A stretch of DNA of 64,000 bases from a virus: the IMG/VR virus record IMGVR_UViG_3300025098_000019, positions 1-64,000 of that record. One strand, written 5' to 3'. The stretch's first letter is position 1. Every line of letters begins with the position of its first letter. Under the pieces are notes generated by a model. The model ran no database searches, was not told the DNA's origin, and was given only the letters and a program-made list of their open reading frames with translations. Position numbers and translations under genes: made by a program. This document shows, piece after piece, positions 1 to 10,184 of the stretch.

Positions 1-2
1 TG

Positions 3-548
3 CATAAATTTTTTGAAGACTTGCGTGGAGAAGCAACCATAGGAACAGAATGGTTTAATAATTCTCCAAAGAAAATACAAAAATGTGTAGAGCGTTTTAA
101 TATTCTTATACATCAATTAGAAGCAGAATTACGAACAACAAATCATCCTACAGTAGTAGTTACTTTTAAAGATAGACCTATAATAAACCTAACACAAGAA
201 GATATGAAACACTTTACATTTCAATGGACTCACGGAACTGTATACATAAATTATTGTCAAGTTGGAAAAACAGTTTTAGATATTTTTAAAGACAACGATA
301 GTGTAGCCAAAGGAATAAGACCTCAAGAATTTTATAGTGCAGATTTCATGGTTAAGTTTGGACCTGCAATACCTTATCCAATGTACTTACTAAGAAAAAT
401 TTATATAAATTTATGGTTAAAGTTACAATCATTTAAATTTAAAAATCCTAATTTAGGAATGATTCCTGTAGCAGATCTAGTTGAAGATATTGATACAACA
501 GACTTAAAAAAATATAATGAAGTTAAAGGTGTACAATGCATAAAGTAA
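3..548 (+). CDS. Hypothetical phage protein, 5'-truncated by the window edge
   Basis: The frame is open upstream of the annotated TTG at 21 (HKFFEDLRG...). It contains a YINYCQVGKT motif and its stop overlaps the start of the next radical SAM gene. Confidence 0.7.
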   Translation, partial: HKFFEDLRGEATIGTEWFNNSPKKIQKCVERFNILIHQLEAELRTTNHPTVVVTFKDRPIINLTQEDMKHFTFQWTHGTVYINYCQVGKTVLDIFKDNDSVAKGIRPQEFYSADFMVKFGPAIPYPMYLLRKIYINLWLKLQSFKFKNPNLGMIPVADLVEDIDTTDLKKYNEVKGVQCIK

Positions 549-1474
549 TAAGCAAATGGCCGCATCAAGATAGTATACGTGTTGAGTGGAATATGGGCAA
601 ACGCTGTAATTTAGATTGCGGATATTGCCCTGCTGAGATTCACGATAACTTTAGCCCGCATACACCTTTACAAACATTTAAAGATGCAATAGATAAGTTA
701 GTAGAAATAGGCAAACCTATAAGACTTAGTTTTACAGGAGGCGAACCGTGTGTGCATCCTAATATCAAAGAAATATTAGCATACGCTCGAGATAAAGTTG
801 AATGGATTAATGTAACAACAAATGGAACATTGCCTTATAGGTTTTATGAAAGTTTACCAGTAAATCATTATGTATTCAGCATACACTTCGATAACAAAAT
901 GGTTAATCAAGTAATTAATAATGTTTTGATTTGGGCGCAAGCAAACGAAGTTGATAACGTACCGTTTCAACTTAACATAATGGCACACCATGAATACATG
1001 GACAAGGTAAGACATGCTACTATTGTATTTGACGGTCACGAGATTCCGTATGTAATTAGACGCATACGCTGGACAGAAGCCGATAATAGAGATTGGTTTG
1101 ATGACATGCGTTATGATCCAAAAGATTTAGAGTGGATACTTAATCAAACATCAACAGCAAAGCCTAATGTTATCATTGACGATAAAGAAGAAATGCATGC
1201 CAATGATGTTATTAAACACAAACTAAATCAATTTGAAGGCTGGGAATGTAATGCCGGTATTGAAAGTTTAATGATCAACTGGGACGGTGACGTTCATCGT
1301 GCTACTTGTAGAGTAGGCGGAAGTCTAGGTAACATTTATAAAGGAACTTTTGAACATCCTAGTCAGGCTGTAATATGTACACGTAAATGGTGTACTTGTG
1401 CTGCAGATATTCCGTTAACTAAAGTAAATGAGCCAGCTCAGGAAATATTGCCGCTGCGTTTAATCCACGAATAG
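536..1474 (+). CDS. Radical SAM enzyme with C-terminal SPASM/twitch-like domain
   Basis: CNLDCGYC (CxxxCxxC), FTGGEP and TTNG motifs; C-terminal CNAG...ATC...CTRKWCTC cysteines. Confidence 0.92.
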   Translation: MHKVISKWPHQDSIRVEWNMGKRCNLDCGYCPAEIHDNFSPHTPLQTFKDAIDKLVEIGKPIRLSFTGGEPCVHPNIKEILAYARDKVEWINVTTNGTLPYRFYESLPVNHYVFSIHFDNKMVNQVINNVLIWAQANEVDNVPFQLNIMAHHEYMDKVRHATIVFDGHEIPYVIRRIRWTEADNRDWFDDMRYDPKDLEWILNQTSTAKPNVIIDDKEEMHANDVIKHKLNQFEGWECNAGIESLMINWDGDVHRATCRVGGSLGNIYKGTFEHPSQAVICTRKWCTCAADIPLTKVNEPAQEILPLRLIHE

Positions 1475-2804
1475 CATCAAGTTTGTTTACATACTCCTTA
1501 AAGCCTGGAAGTAAATGACTGTTATCTGCTGAATCCATATGTGCTAACAAGCCTTCCCATTTAGGCCAACCAGATGGATTATGTATCCAAAAATCATCGT
1601 CTTGTGTATAATTTTCCCATAGCCATGTTTTAAGTTCTGCAAAACGTTCACGCACTTCTTGTTTGTCTTGTTCTGGAAGTATTGTAATATTAAGAAACGT
1701 TGGTATGTGTACTAGGTGCATATTAACTAATCCGCCTCCCATTTGTACTCCGCCTACTAAGCCAGTATTCATCTTTTTAAAATTACTGTTTAATTTCCAC
1801 TTTATAAAATCAGGCATATGTTTAATATTGAATATTTGTACTGCTGTTGCCATACTAATATGTATGTTGTCAGGTGTATTATCTAACATATGCAATGTGC
1901 GTTCTACATCAGCAAATTTTGTAGGGAAGCGAATATAATCATCGCGTTCAAAACTTGCATCAACACTAACAGCAAATTTAACCTTATGAAACTTTGACCA
2001 TAGCTCAATTAATTCTTCATCTACAAGCAATCCGTTTGAGTTATAACGTAATAGTATTTTATCTTGATATCCTTGACGAATAATTTCTTTAATAAACATT
2101 TTGTGTTCTTTAATCATTAGAGGCTCGCCTCCAGCAAAGTACACTTGTCTTAGGTTAGGAATTTGTGCATTAATTTCCTCCCAGAATGAATCTTTCTCGT
2201 GCCACTTGTTATTAAAAGTTTTACGATCCCATTGCATTTGTCTTTTAACTTCAGGATCTTGTAATACAGGAATAAGTTTTTTATGGTCCGCAACCCACTT
2301 ACTTGAATCATGCGGGCTACACATTACACACTTAATGTTGCACGTATGTCCTAATCTTAGATCCAAGTATTTTAAATTTTCTGGCACAGTGCCGTCTTCT
2401 TTTGTTTGTCGAATAAGTTCAGGAATGTCTACGCCATTATCGTCTCGGTGCCAAGTGCCTGTTTCCCAAATACGTTTACTTACAATGCCTTGGCTTTCTT
2501 CTTTAAAACAACCTGTACAACTTGCAGGAATTTCACCATTAAGCATAGTTGTACGTACACTTTTCATATAATCGTTATTCCATGCCTCCAAAGGAGTGTG
2601 GGTACCAAAGTTTGCAGGTTTGCCGTCTTCCATTTTCACAAGACCTACTTCATGATTATCGCCTGCGCCACTTGCATTAGACGTGCAACATAATCGCATA
2701 TCACCATTTGGCCTAGTTGCCATATGTATCCAAGGTAACACACAAAATGTTTCTGTGCCACTTACTTGTGCAATTTCAGCTTGATACTTTTTTAGGTCAG
2801 ACAT
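1419..2804 (-). CDS. Radical SAM enzyme with N-terminal twitch/SPASM-like domain
   Basis: N-terminal FCVLPW...MRLCC...CTGC; core CNIKCVMC, FAGGEPL, YNSNG, YIRFP. Confidence 0.92.
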   Translation of the reverse strand: MSDLKKYQAEIAQVSGTETFCVLPWIHMATRPNGDMRLCCTSNASGAGDNHEVGLVKMEDGKPANFGTHTPLEAWNNDYMKSVRTTMLNGEIPASCTGCFKEESQGIVSKRIWETGTWHRDDNGVDIPELIRQTKEDGTVPENLKYLDLRLGHTCNIKCVMCSPHDSSKWVADHKKLIPVLQDPEVKRQMQWDRKTFNNKWHEKDSFWEEINAQIPNLRQVYFAGGEPLMIKEHKMFIKEIIRQGYQDKILLRYNSNGLLVDEELIELWSKFHKVKFAVSVDASFERDDYIRFPTKFADVERTLHMLDNTPDNIHISMATAVQIFNIKHMPDFIKWKLNSNFKKMNTGLVGGVQMGGGLVNMHLVHIPTFLNITILPEQDKQEVRERFAELKTWLWENYTQDDDFWIHNPSGWPKWEGLLAHMDSADNSHLLPGFKEYVNKLDAIRGLNAAAIFPELAHLL

Positions 2805-2816
2805 TGTTTTCCTTAA

Positions 2817-3884
2817 TCATAGTTCAATATATTCAATAAACTGATCTTTTGGTTTACTGAGTTTGTTAACTCCACACGTTCTTGCACATGTAATTAGTTT
2901 TTCTGAATTCCAGTACTTGTGCCATACTGTTTGCCAAGCATTAGAATCTATTACATCTTTTATAGAACGATCAAGACCATTTGTATTTCCTAAATCTGCA
3001 ATAAGACTAGAGTGCTGTGATCTCATCTTTTCTCTAATGTCTTTGGCTAAATCATTAGGGTGTATATAATTATACGGAGCACTTGCTAAAAAACAACAGG
3101 GCATAATATCTCTTTGTGCTGTTATATAAATTTCTTTCTGTTTTACAACAAAACAGTCTATTTCACTAGCGTCTACTACATCTTTATAATTGTCAAGTAC
3201 ATCTTGGGTTATAAGAGTTATGTTACTTCCTGTAGGTGGCTCTAGGTAATATTCAAGTTGACCTTTTTTATCTAAAACTTCAAACTTGTTAGTAGCAACA
3301 AATCTTGCACTATCTTTGTATGTAAATCTAGCAAAGCCGTGTTCTTTTGCTAATGCTTCACAAGCAAGTTGTTGATGTTCGTTATGTTTAAATTTTATAA
3401 ACGCCCATTCTGCTATACCGCCTGCATTAATAAACGCTTTTGCATTTTTTAATACAGTGTCAAAGTCAGTACCAATACGATATAGACTGTGCGTATCTGC
3501 TAATCCGTCAATTGCAAAAATAACACAATGTTTACTAGGCAATGCTTTTGCAAGTTTCTTCCACCAATCTGTACTTCTTGCTCCGCCGTTTGTGTGTATT
3601 CTAATCTCTATAGTAGGTTTAACATCAGTTGCATAGCTGCACATTTCTGCTAAATCGTTATTGATGATAGGATCACCAAAGTTTCCACAAAAGTAAAAAC
3701 TGTTTATTTGGTGTAGTACTTCGCTAGTTAAGATGTGCTTAAAATCATCAATTGTCCAATCTTGATTTTTAATCAATGGATTTTCCAACCCGCCGTGATA
3801 GTTTCTGCTACACATAGGACAACTTGCTTGACAGCGATTTGTAATCTCTAGGTGTATATTTTTTAGTTGATTAAATTTAAACAT
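2817..3884 (-). CDS. Radical SAM/SPASM-domain protein
   Basis: CQASCPMC, CGNFGDP, HTNGG, FAIDGL; C-terminal C...PCCF...CARTC. Confidence 0.92.
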   Translation of the reverse strand: MFKFNQLKNIHLEITNRCQASCPMCSRNYHGGLENPLIKNQDWTIDDFKHILTSEVLHQINSFYFCGNFGDPIINNDLAEMCSYATDVKPTIEIRIHTNGGARSTDWWKKLAKALPSKHCVIFAIDGLADTHSLYRIGTDFDTVLKNAKAFINAGGIAEWAFIKFKHNEHQQLACEALAKEHGFARFTYKDSARFVATNKFEVLDKKGQLEYYLEPPTGSNITLITQDVLDNYKDVVDASEIDCFVVKQKEIYITAQRDIMPCCFLASAPYNYIHPNDLAKDIREKMRSQHSSLIADLGNTNGLDRSIKDVIDSNAWQTVWHKYWNSEKLITCARTCGVNKLSKPKDQFIEYIEL

Positions 3885-3924
3885 TTTTATATTTCATATC
3901 TCTTATTTTGAGTCAGAGTAATTG

Positions 3925-3931
3925 TTAAATA
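3925..3931 (+). promoter_or_regulatory. Putative T4-type late promoter (TTAAATA)
   Basis: TAAATA core 5 nt before the ATG at 3937, with no Shine-Dalgarno. Confidence 0.45.
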
Positions 3932-3936
3932 TACTT

Positions 3937-4983
3937 ATGCCGTATCTAGCACCAAAATACTTAGATCCGATTGTCTGTCAATACAAGAACGACTTAGTTT
4001 CGATATCAGATAGTTCTACATTTAAGATTTTAAATAAAAATAGAAACATCATATTAGATCCAATTAGCAAAATAAATGTATACAAAGTTGTTAAACATGA
4101 TATATGGTTAGTTACACAGGATTCTGTTGTACAAGTTAGAAACTACAAACCTAAATATTATAATATAGATACAGACAATAGTCAATATTACAGCCTAGCA
4201 ACTAATGGCGAAATAGCATTTAGCTTTGGTAGTAAGTTTGCAATGCGACTGGATAAGAATATTGATTTTATTGAAATGCCTGTACAAGGTTCTAAGTTAC
4301 ATATAGGAACCGTTTATTGCAACGGTAGTTATTGGAGTATGCCTAGCAGTGACAAATCTAACTATAATTTAATTGTAGAGTTTGATGGTGAAAAAATTAA
4401 CAGTTATCCAGTAACTGGAATTGATAACTCTATAGCAAGAAAATATAGTGATATTATAGTTATGGGTAATATATTGTATGCATTACCCTTTGGCGAAACA
4501 GCAGGCTTAAACGAAGTTATTGAATTTAATACCGAAACTAAAGAAATAAAAGTATACAAAACACAATGTAAGGACTTTGCTAAGAAATATAGTGGCGGTG
4601 TACTAATAGGAGATAAGATTATTGCTGTGCCGCATGGTGACGACAGTAATGATTGTAATTGGGGATTAATATTTGATACTAAAACAAAACAATCTATCAA
4701 TTTTAGTGTTAATTTTAAAGGATATCAATTTAGGTCAGGAATAAAATTTAACACTCACGCTGTGTTCTTTCCTTTAGAAACTTCAGATTGTCCAATATTA
4801 AAAGTTAATACTAGTGGCACTGTTGTAAAAGAAATACATTTAAAGGATTATTTACTAGGAAGACCTATTATGCATAATCATTCACTAAAAGTAATAGGGT
4901 ATCATACAGAAACTGAAACATATCATTTATTAGAATTTAATGAAGAACTAGATTACAAAATACATACTGTAATTACGAATTAA
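3937..4983 (+). CDS. Hypothetical protein, probable beta-propeller
   Basis: Repeated blade-like segments (KYSDIIVMGNILYALP, KYSGGVLIGDKIIAVP, FRSGIKFNTHAVFFP). ATG at 3937 preferred over TTG at 3922. Confidence 0.65.
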   Translation: MPYLAPKYLDPIVCQYKNDLVSISDSSTFKILNKNRNIILDPISKINVYKVVKHDIWLVTQDSVVQVRNYKPKYYNIDTDNSQYYSLATNGEIAFSFGSKFAMRLDKNIDFIEMPVQGSKLHIGTVYCNGSYWSMPSSDKSNYNLIVEFDGEKINSYPVTGIDNSIARKYSDIIVMGNILYALPFGETAGLNEVIEFNTETKEIKVYKTQCKDFAKKYSGGVLIGDKIIAVPHGDDSNDCNWGLIFDTKTKQSINFSVNFKGYQFRSGIKFNTHAVFFPLETSDCPILKVNTSGTVVKEIHLKDYLLGRPIMHNHSLKVIGYHTETETYHLLEFNEELDYKIHTVITN

Positions 4984-5584
4984 ACTTGTGACCTATAATC
5001 ATATATCTAGTATATTTAGGTGTTTCAAACTCTCCTACATAGGCTACATACACATTTGACTGTCTAACAAATTCTTCCATATTACTTGCACATCGTATGT
5101 GTTCATCAAGATCAAAATAGTTGTTACTTTGTAATACTACTTTAGTGCCTGGTTGAATATTGCTCAACCATTTGTCATATTGTTCTTGTGTTAGATGCTC
5201 ACAACTAGTGTTTATAGCAACATCTGCATCTGTAGTGTATTCGCACATATCTGCTGTTGTAGCAAAAAATCTACCCTGCATATGATATCGCATATTAATA
5301 GTTTCTGCAATAGTTTTACATGTAGGATCAAGGTCTACACTTTCGATATCTGATATACAAAGGTCACTATTGAACAATAGGTTTGAAAGTACACCGTTCC
5401 ATCCGCCATACACAGCAATACTACCTTGTAATTTGTATTCTTGCATTTTTTCTATAAGCCATAATTTACTATGTACCTGGCCTTTCCAAAAACTTTCAAG
5501 TGTTCGGTATCGGTCGTCACTGTTGCGAATTGCGTCCATCCAAAATAATACGTCTTCTACATCAACTTTCAAGGGTTTCTCCAC
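4973..5584 (-). CDS. Class I SAM-dependent methyltransferase-like protein
   Basis: IAVYGGWNG glycine loop, acidic SVDLD at the end of strand 2, ADM, INTSCEH. Confidence 0.75.
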   Translation of the reverse strand: MEKPLKVDVEDVLFWMDAIRNSDDRYRTLESFWKGQVHSKLWLIEKMQEYKLQGSIAVYGGWNGVLSNLLFNSDLCISDIESVDLDPTCKTIAETINMRYHMQGRFFATTADMCEYTTDADVAINTSCEHLTQEQYDKWLSNIQPGTKVVLQSNNYFDLDEHIRCASNMEEFVRQSNVYVAYVGEFETPKYTRYMIIGHKFNS

Positions 5585-6555
5585 TTTGGTAGTTTACTAT
5601 CAGCACTACTCATACAACTAGGTGTTATACACGGAGTAGGCTTTTTAAATATTTCAAACCCATCTGTAATTGTTCCTAGTATATCGTCATGACAACTATG
5701 ACTTCTTCTAACTTCTGTATCCCTGATGATTATTCCTTGGTAACCTGCATTACAGGACCAACCTTTAAACTTATTAAAACCAAATGCATTAAATCTCTCT
5801 GCTTGGTCTAATTCGTATTCGTTTCCTTTGCTGTCGTAGAGGGCAACTTGTGCAAGTTGTTCTCCGTAGACTTGCTGTGGGAATCCTTTTTGCATTGTTC
5901 GGATTGCTTCTTCGGTGTATCCTGGAACGACAAAACTAGCGGATGGATCTGATTGTGGCTTGAGAGTAACATTAATGCCTCTGGCGGCAAATCGTTCAAG
6001 ACGTTCGTAAAGTTCGTCAAACATCTCCGGAACCATAACTTGGTTAATTGTAACAAATACTCCTCCTTCCATAAGTTGTAAACATTTATCGCCGAACTTT
6101 TGTTCATCTGCAAACTCAGAATGAAAACTTGCTGTTACACTTCGACGTTGTAAACTTTTTGTATTGTGTAAGTACTTATCCCACCATTTGGTTCCCGGTG
6201 ACAAGTTTGTAGTCATATGTATACTTTGATATTCAGCTTCTTTGTCATTACAGTAATGCTCAACCAATGGCATGAACTGTTTATTTGCTGTTGGCTCTCC
6301 GCCACTGAAGCTAAAATGGAAGTTTGTGAAGTTATTAGCACGAGCTTGTGCTTTGATACTATCCATGGTGTTTAAGTATAATTCTGTCGACTTCGTGTCA
6401 GGGACACTAGATCTTGCGTGTGGCCAGCAATAACTGCACGAATAATTACAATATCTAGTGGTGATCCAAGAGACCGTGAAAAGATGGCTCTCTAGGAGAG
6501 TTTTCTGTCCAAACTTCGTTATATCAGTCCAGGGTATTTTGTTGAAATCGTTCAT
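5569..6555 (-). CDS. Radical SAM enzyme with C-terminal twitch-like domain
   Basis: CNYSCSYC, FSGGEP, MTTN, SFHSEF; C-terminal CNAG...SC...PCITPSC. Paralog-like to 536..1474. Confidence 0.92.
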   Translation of the reverse strand: MNDFNKIPWTDITKFGQKTLLESHLFTVSWITTRYCNYSCSYCWPHARSSVPDTKSTELYLNTMDSIKAQARANNFTNFHFSFSGGEPTANKQFMPLVEHYCNDKEAEYQSIHMTTNLSPGTKWWDKYLHNTKSLQRRSVTASFHSEFADEQKFGDKCLQLMEGGVFVTINQVMVPEMFDELYERLERFAARGINVTLKPQSDPSASFVVPGYTEEAIRTMQKGFPQQVYGEQLAQVALYDSKGNEYELDQAERFNAFGFNKFKGWSCNAGYQGIIIRDTEVRRSHSCHDDILGTITDGFEIFKKPTPCITPSCMSSADSKLPKWRNP

Positions 6556-8191
6556 ATAACCACTCGAAATTGTTTATTAATTTTAAATTATCGTTGTTAT
6601 CGATATTATCATAACCGTACCTGCGGCCATCGCAAGCACCGCTAATGCAAGCTCTTCCAAAGCGAGCATCGTCTCCTCGTGTACACCAGACATCAAGTCT
6701 CTTTTCAGTTTCTTCATCTACTTGTCCTTTAATAGTTTTTGATGATAGTTTTACACATTCTCTAAAAGCACTTTTCCAAGTGCTAAATTCGTCTGTGTTA
6801 AATGCTGTAATATTTGATATACTAGGCATTGGTTTAAATTTATTGCTAATACTAGTAGTCATATCTGCACTATTTGTATCAACGTTAATTGTTAGCTCTC
6901 TAGGTAGCAATTTTACACCGCCATATCCGTAAACTAAATCATTAATAGGGTTTTGACTTTGCCACACATGCACTGTATCAGTTTCGTATGTATTAGCTTC
7001 ATGATCAAAATTAAAGTTATCTAGTATATGTGCATCACCATCTACAATCCAAACTAAATCAGTATCACATATTTTTGCTGCTTCAATATGTGCTTGGTGA
7101 ATTCCTTTTACTCCGTGTATACGCTTTGCTGCTGGAAATCTTTTTACTAACCTATTATAATTATCTTCTGCATCTGGTTCATTATAACTAATAAAGACTA
7201 TATCGTAAGGCTTCAATTTAGATAATACTGTGTCGTGTTCTTTACGTGTAATAATATACTTATGGTTAAATTCACGTTTGCCTATACTGTGTTTTGTTGA
7301 TGCTAGAAAAACTCCATTATGGTATGTTTCTTCATTTCTAAATATGTGTTTGTATACATGATGCATTTCTCTATCTGCATCATATCTACCATCTGTAGGA
7401 TTATAATAAAAATCCCATATACTGTCATCTAATATTTCTACATTATCCCATACACACCAAAATAAAGGACTTGTTTCTTTTTCTATTATATTTAGATAGT
7501 CATCATATGTTTTAACAATGTATCTAGGGTATCTATAACGACTTACTATCTGTTTATTTTCTTTGCGATTAATAATGTATCTATGTTCTATTTCTTTTTT
7601 TGATATAGGTTTGTTTCTCGAAGCAAGAACAACTCCGCCATGATAGCTTTCTTCGTCATTGCATAAATTTTTGTACACATGATTTTCGTTTCTATCATAA
7701 CTGTTGTGATGACTAAAATACGTTGAGTAAATTTTTGGGTCAATTACTTCAACATTTTTCCATATGCACCAAAACATTTCTGATGTAGACTTGTCTATTG
7801 CTTCTACATAATCTTCGTATGTATCTACGAAGTATGTAGGATACGGCCTAGGAGTACTTGCTAAAATATCAATTTCTTTTTTGTTTACAAAGAATCTATG
7901 TTTAATTTCTCTGTCACTAATATGTAAATCTTTGTGTAGTAAACAAATTCCGTCATAGCTATCATTGTTTTTAAATAAATGTATGTAATCTGTACTCCAT
8001 TCATCAGGAGTAAAATTAAAATCAAACTCATCATTTACATTAACATCATTCCAAACAATCCAGAGAAATTTTGTTAGTGAAGTACGTTGTGCAGTTTTAA
8101 AATTATCTGCAATCTTAGCATAGGGATATTTTGTCCTTAGCTCTGGCCAACCTTCGTCAGTTTCTGATCCTATAAAAAAGATATCATACAT
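6524..8191 (-). CDS. Glycosyltransferase-like protein: three N-terminal repeats plus a C-terminal GT-A-like domain
   Basis: C-terminal FISYNEP...GVKGIHQAH...WIVDGD (DxD)...GYGGVKL...WKSAFRE, shared with 12838..13731; three ~105-aa repeats upstream. Confidence 0.7.
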   Translation of the reverse strand: MYDIFFIGSETDEGWPELRTKYPYAKIADNFKTAQRTSLTKFLWIVWNDVNVNDEFDFNFTPDEWSTDYIHLFKNNDSYDGICLLHKDLHISDREIKHRFFVNKKEIDILASTPRPYPTYFVDTYEDYVEAIDKSTSEMFWCIWKNVEVIDPKIYSTYFSHHNSYDRNENHVYKNLCNDEESYHGGVVLASRNKPISKKEIEHRYIINRKENKQIVSRYRYPRYIVKTYDDYLNIIEKETSPLFWCVWDNVEILDDSIWDFYYNPTDGRYDADREMHHVYKHIFRNEETYHNGVFLASTKHSIGKREFNHKYIITRKEHDTVLSKLKPYDIVFISYNEPDAEDNYNRLVKRFPAAKRIHGVKGIHQAHIEAAKICDTDLVWIVDGDAHILDNFNFDHEANTYETDTVHVWQSQNPINDLVYGYGGVKLLPRELTINVDTNSADMTTSISNKFKPMPSISNITAFNTDEFSTWKSAFRECVKLSSKTIKGQVDEETEKRLDVWCTRGDDARFGRACISGACDGRRYGYDNIDNNDNLKLINNFEWLYERFQQNTLD

Positions 8192-8197
8192 GTTATT

Positions 8198-8226
8198 ACT
8201 ATACAGCCTTATTGTAGATTTGTCAA
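8198..8226 (-). promoter_or_regulatory. Sigma70-type promoter TTGACA-N17-TATAGT, probably leaderless
   Basis: Minus-strand TTGACA (8226-8221), 17-nt spacer, TATAGT (8203-8198). The ATG at 8191 lies at the expected +1. Confidence 0.7.
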
Positions 8227-9231
8227 GTAAAGTGACATAGAATAAAGATCAAAATCTAGTCCTGTGCGATTAGATTTATCAGCAGACTCTATCATTTGCC
8301 TTTTTATTAAGCCGGGCACTGTTTTTCCCTTTACATATTCTAATGCAATCTTTCTATTATATTCAAGTGGTTCTTTAATTTTTTGGTATAGCTCGTTAAC
8401 ATCGCTGTTAAGAACATATTCAATATTTTTAACAATTCCGTCTACTCGATCATCTATAAGTTCTTCATCGTCAAACCCATAATCAAAAATTTCATCGTAC
8501 AAAACAAATCCCATGTCTTTTAGGTTTTTATGAAAATGTTTGCAGCCTAGAGTTAAAAAAGGTAATCCAAATAATAATCGCATTGTAGTTTTTTCTGTTA
8601 GGAAAAATTCTTCGATCCAAGATTCAGTAGCAACATGTAAGAAACTTTCAAAATATTGTTTATTAAAAATATAAGGATGATCTTGATTAAAATTATCTCC
8701 TAGTGTTAATAGTTTACCATCATAATGTTTAAATTCTATACCATGCCCGCCTGCACCTAAAAAAGATACAAGACCTTTGTTTAGTATATTTTGCTTTGCT
8801 AGTTGATCAATCAATGCAACACGATGAGGTTTTGCTCTATGATTAAAACAAGAATATGGTATAGTAAACTTATAGTCGTATCCTTCTAAATATTTCTTAG
8901 TATTATTATAAAAATTAGGATGATGATGCATATTGTGATACGCAAACAGAATAAAGAAATCAAACCATTCGTAAAAATTACATAATTCTATATCTATGCC
9001 AAGTTCTTTTACAAGTTTTTTTTGATGATCAATCGACGATGCTAATACTATATTACAGGTAATATTACGTTTGTTAATCAGTCGAACAGCAGTGGGTTTT
9101 ATCTGAGTAAGTTCGCCTTCGTAGAAGTAAAAGAAATTAATTACATCTACATTAGTTTTTTCAATTGTGTTTTGTATTTCTGCTGCCGAATTATACCAAG
9201 GCGTAAAAGATGCTATATTAGGTAGATGCAT
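8209..9231 (-). CDS. Hypothetical protein, putative GT-B-like glycosyltransferase ('TEKT' family)
   Basis: C-terminal VATES...LTEKT...PFL..G...LKDMGF.LY.EIFDYGFD motif shared with 10185..11471. The ATG at 9231 overlaps the epimerase 3' end. Confidence 0.6.
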   Translation of the reverse strand: MHLPNIASFTPWYNSAAEIQNTIEKTNVDVINFFYFYEGELTQIKPTAVRLINKRNITCNIVLASSIDHQKKLVKELGIDIELCNFYEWFDFFILFAYHNMHHHPNFYNNTKKYLEGYDYKFTIPYSCFNHRAKPHRVALIDQLAKQNILNKGLVSFLGAGGHGIEFKHYDGKLLTLGDNFNQDHPYIFNKQYFESFLHVATESWIEEFFLTEKTTMRLLFGLPFLTLGCKHFHKNLKDMGFVLYDEIFDYGFDDEELIDDRVDGIVKNIEYVLNSDVNELYQKIKEPLEYNRKIALEYVKGKTVPGLIKRQMIESADKSNRTGLDFDLYSMSLYLTNLQ

Positions 9232-10183
9232 TCCGCACTTGCTCCAATATCCAATCATATGTTTTCTTAATACCATACTCAAGGTCTTCGTTAGGTGCCC
9301 ACCTTAGCTCTCTTTTTATTAACTTGTTATTACTTTTCCTGCCCATTACCCCTAACGGTCCGTCGACATTTGTAATTTTAATATTTTTTTGAGCAATGCT
9401 ACCTATCATGTATGCAAGATCGTTGATAGATATCATTCTTTCACTACCAAGGTTTATTGGCTGATCATAAGACCCGTTCATAATACGATCAATTCCTTTT
9501 ATACATTCATCAATATACAAAAATGTTCGTGTTTGCATTCCTGATCCCCAAACTTCAATACTATCGTTTTGTGTTTCAGCAACTTTTCTGCATAATGCAG
9601 CAGGTGATTTTTCTTTACCATTATTCCACGAACCTTCAGGACCATATATATTGTGTAGTCGGGCGATCCTTACATGCAAATTATGATTACGTGCATATGC
9701 TAGATATAATCTTTCACTAAACAACTTTTCCCAACCATAATCTGAATCAGGATCTGCTGGATATGCCAACGATTCCTCTAACGATGGATTTGCAATACCT
9801 GTTTGTAACTGTTGAGGGTACATACAAGCACTAGAAGAATAAAATATTCTAGAAACTTTATTCTTTACCATTTCATTAACAATATTTAAATTAATTGTTG
9901 CTGAGTTATGCATAATGTCTGCATCATTTTCACCTGTAAAAATATATCCTGCTCCGCCCATGTCAGCAGCTAATTGATATATTTCGTATAAGTCACTAGT
10001 TACTAGTTTGCTAACTTCGTATTGATCACGTAAGTCTGCTATATAAAACTCGTCAGCAGCAGTTTCTGCATATTCAGGATGCTTTAAGTCAGCACCAATA
10101 ACATAATAACCTTTTTCTTTAAGGTCTTTTACTAAATGTGCGCCAATGAATCCGCCGGCTCCGCATACAAGTATTTTTTTCAT
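9218..10183 (-). CDS. NAD-dependent epimerase, GDP-mannose 3,5-epimerase-like
   Basis: GAGGFIG, LAADMGGAGYI, YSSSACMYP, YGWEK (YxxxK), RLHNIYGP.G.W..GKEKSPAALCRK and QTRTF match the GME subfamily of extended SDRs. Confidence 0.88.
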   Translation of the reverse strand: MKKILVCGAGGFIGAHLVKDLKEKGYYVIGADLKHPEYAETAADEFYIADLRDQYEVSKLVTSDLYEIYQLAADMGGAGYIFTGENDADIMHNSATINLNIVNEMVKNKVSRIFYSSSACMYPQQLQTGIANPSLEESLAYPADPDSDYGWEKLFSERLYLAYARNHNLHVRIARLHNIYGPEGSWNNGKEKSPAALCRKVAETQNDSIEVWGSGMQTRTFLYIDECIKGIDRIMNGSYDQPINLGSERMISINDLAYMIGSIAQKNIKITNVDGPLGVMGRKSNNKLIKRELRWAPNEDLEYGIKKTYDWILEQVRNAST

Positions 10184-10184
10184 T

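Noticed and set aside
536-6555. 7-deazaguanine/queuosine DNA modification or Ahb/NirJ heme pathway as the role of the radical SAM genes
   Set aside because: No queC/queD/folE/dpdA or ahbAB partners in the window. The neighbours are sugar enzymes, and hemE/hemC lie more than 45 kb away, so a link is unsupported.
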